A stretch of DNA of 64,000 nucleotides from Candidatus Gastranaerophilales bacterium (GTDB lineage Bacteria; Cyanobacteriota; Vampirovibrionia; Gastranaerophilales; Gastranaerophilaceae): the NCBI GenBank assembly GCA_944323615.1, contig CALUTG010000005.1, positions 8,264-72,263 of the forward strand, written 5' to 3'. A program made the position numbers and the translations under genes. The notes beneath the pieces were generated by a model. The model was not told where the DNA came from, searched no databases, and saw only the letters and a program-made list of their open reading frames with translations. Positions 62,897-64,000 of this stretch are shown here, piece by piece (the first letter of the stretch is position 1; each line of letters opens with the position of its first letter).

Positions 62897-63839
62897 GTTC
62901 TATCTCTTTCAGTAGTTTTTCAACAGACTCTTTAATGCCGTATTTCATGGTGCATCCTGCGGCAAAAGTATGTCCTCCGCCTCCGTAGACAGAGCATATT
63001 TTAGCACAATCTATGTGTTTTGACCTCATAGAAACTTTTGTTGTTTTAGAATCAACTTCCTTTACGACAAAAGATACTTCGGTTGAATCTATTGCTCTTA
63101 AGGTTTCGGCTATTCCATCCGTATAATCATCGCCGGCTGAGAATTTTTCTAAGTCTTTCTTATACACGGTTGTGTATGCAATTTTATTATCATTTTTAAA
63201 TTCGGCTTTATTTACACAGTAGTTTTGAAACATTACAAGATTTTTTGTTTTTGTCTCGTAGCATAGTTTGTAAAGCTGATTAGGGTTTGCACCTGCCTCA
63301 ACCAGTTCCGCAACAGCTCTGAATACGTTTGCAGAAGTGTTTTCAAAACGGAAGTTTCCAGTGTCTGTCATTATTGCGGTATAGAGACATATTGCGGAAT
63401 CTTTATCAATCTTCCAGCCATGTTCTTTAAAATAATTAAACAAAACTTCGCCCGTAGAGCTGGAATCAGGATCTATAATATTATAGTCTCCAAATCCGGG
63501 ATTGGTTTTATGATGATCTATATTAACTCTGACTTTTGCCTTATTAAAGAAAATTTCTGAATCCCGCACTCTCTCAATAGATGCAACATCAAGAGTTATA
63601 ACAAGGTCATAAACAAGAGACTGGTCAAAATATCTTTCAGCCAGATTTATATTAGGTAAAAATTTGTAGTTATAAGGCAGGTTAGATACAATATTCATAT
63701 CTGCCTTTATCTTAAACCTGTTATAAATCATGGAATACATAGCGCACATTGAACCCAGCGTGTCTCCGTCAGGGTTAACATGGCTTAATAATAATATCTT
63801 TTTTGAGCTTTTTATGATATCATCAAGATTACAATTCAT
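62886..63839 (-). CDS. nrnA: DHH/DHHA1 phosphoesterase (NrnA-type oligoribonuclease / pAp phosphatase)
   Basis: 317 aa. SHVNPDGDTLGS, IDHHKTN, GGGHTFAAG. Confidence 0.85.
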   Translation of the reverse strand: MNCNLDDIIKSSKKILLLSHVNPDGDTLGSMCAMYSMIYNRFKIKADMNIVSNLPYNYKFLPNINLAERYFDQSLVYDLVITLDVASIERVRDSEIFFNKAKVRVNIDHHKTNPGFGDYNIIDPDSSSTGEVLFNYFKEHGWKIDKDSAICLYTAIMTDTGNFRFENTSANVFRAVAELVEAGANPNQLYKLCYETKTKNLVMFQNYCVNKAEFKNDNKIAYTTVYKKDLEKFSAGDDYTDGIAETLRAIDSTEVSFVVKEVDSKTTKVSMRSKHIDCAKICSVYGGGGHTFAAGCTMKYGIKESVEKLLKEIEREI

Positions 63840-63880
63840 TGCATTATAATATCACAAAAATGCAATAACCAAGGAAATAA

Positions 63881-64000
63881 ATGAAAAAAGTTCTCTATAC
63901 AGATTTTGAAGGGGTGGAATCCGTCATTAGTTCAATGATGGATAATCCTCAGCTAAAAAAAGCAATTACCAAAACAAATTTGTATAGCTTCTGGGATAAA
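63881..64000 (+). CDS. 5' end of an ORF (40 codons, runs off the window), possibly DUF721-like
   Basis: MKKVLYTDFEGVESVISSMMDNPQLKKAITKTNLYSFWDK. AAGGAA upstream. The family guess is weak. Confidence 0.3.
   Translation, partial: MKKVLYTDFEGVESVISSMMDNPQLKKAITKTNLYSFWDK

Noticed and set aside
1-64000. Mobile elements, prophage, defence islands, toxin-antitoxin pairs, biosynthetic clusters.
   Set aside because: I recognised no transposase, integrase, recombinase, phage structural, restriction-modification, Cas, retron or reverse-transcriptase, or NRPS/PKS-like ORF. The window reads as core chromosome with small non-autonomous repeats only.

Overview
This is 64 kb of AT-rich bacterial chromosome, densely packed with about 60 protein genes on both strands. 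I found no rRNA, tRNA, CRISPR/cas, transposase, integrase or recognisable defence or toxin-antitoxin module. Most of it is housekeeping: dapF, hisS, ftsY, nusB, deoB, yebC-ybaB-recR, eno, alr, miaB, gcvPB, ung, rpsH-rplF-rplR, kdsB-lpxK, fba, ruvC, polA, rimM-trmD, purS-purQ and nrnA. Alpha-glucan genes are scattered through the window (two GH77 and one GH57). There are also two triple-SLH envelope proteins, two sigma-70-family factors and about a dozen orphan ORFs. LPS genes, SLH proteins and a long NusB fit a diderm lineage, perhaps related to Cyanobacteria/Melainabacteria or Negativicutes-like, but I cannot resolve this from one window. I cannot point to a clear multi-gene novel system. The unusual signals are mostly at the DNA or RNA level. 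(1) The 9-mer GGGGTAAAT is strongly over-represented (at least 19 copies), in intergenic DNA and in one fixed reading frame inside genes, with an 8-copy hotspot in a 56-bp tandem array. (2) Several short hairpin-repeat families are present. They have expanded the spacers of an isolated S8-L6-L18 operon to about 310 nt each, sit right after stop codons of highly expressed genes, and in one case lie in-frame inside lpxK. (3) A zinc-ribbon/RGG-rich protein gene heads the rimM-trmD operon, and its internal repeat runs straight through an in-frame TGA. (4) A GC-rich, stem-closed element of about 170 nt lies between an SLH gene and its terminator. (5) A short N-terminal M-[NK]-I-[ST]...P-[AS]-F-[KG]-[RG] motif is shared by both GH77 paralogues and two orphan small proteins. 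All functional readings below are hypotheses from reading the sequence by eye; no searches were run.
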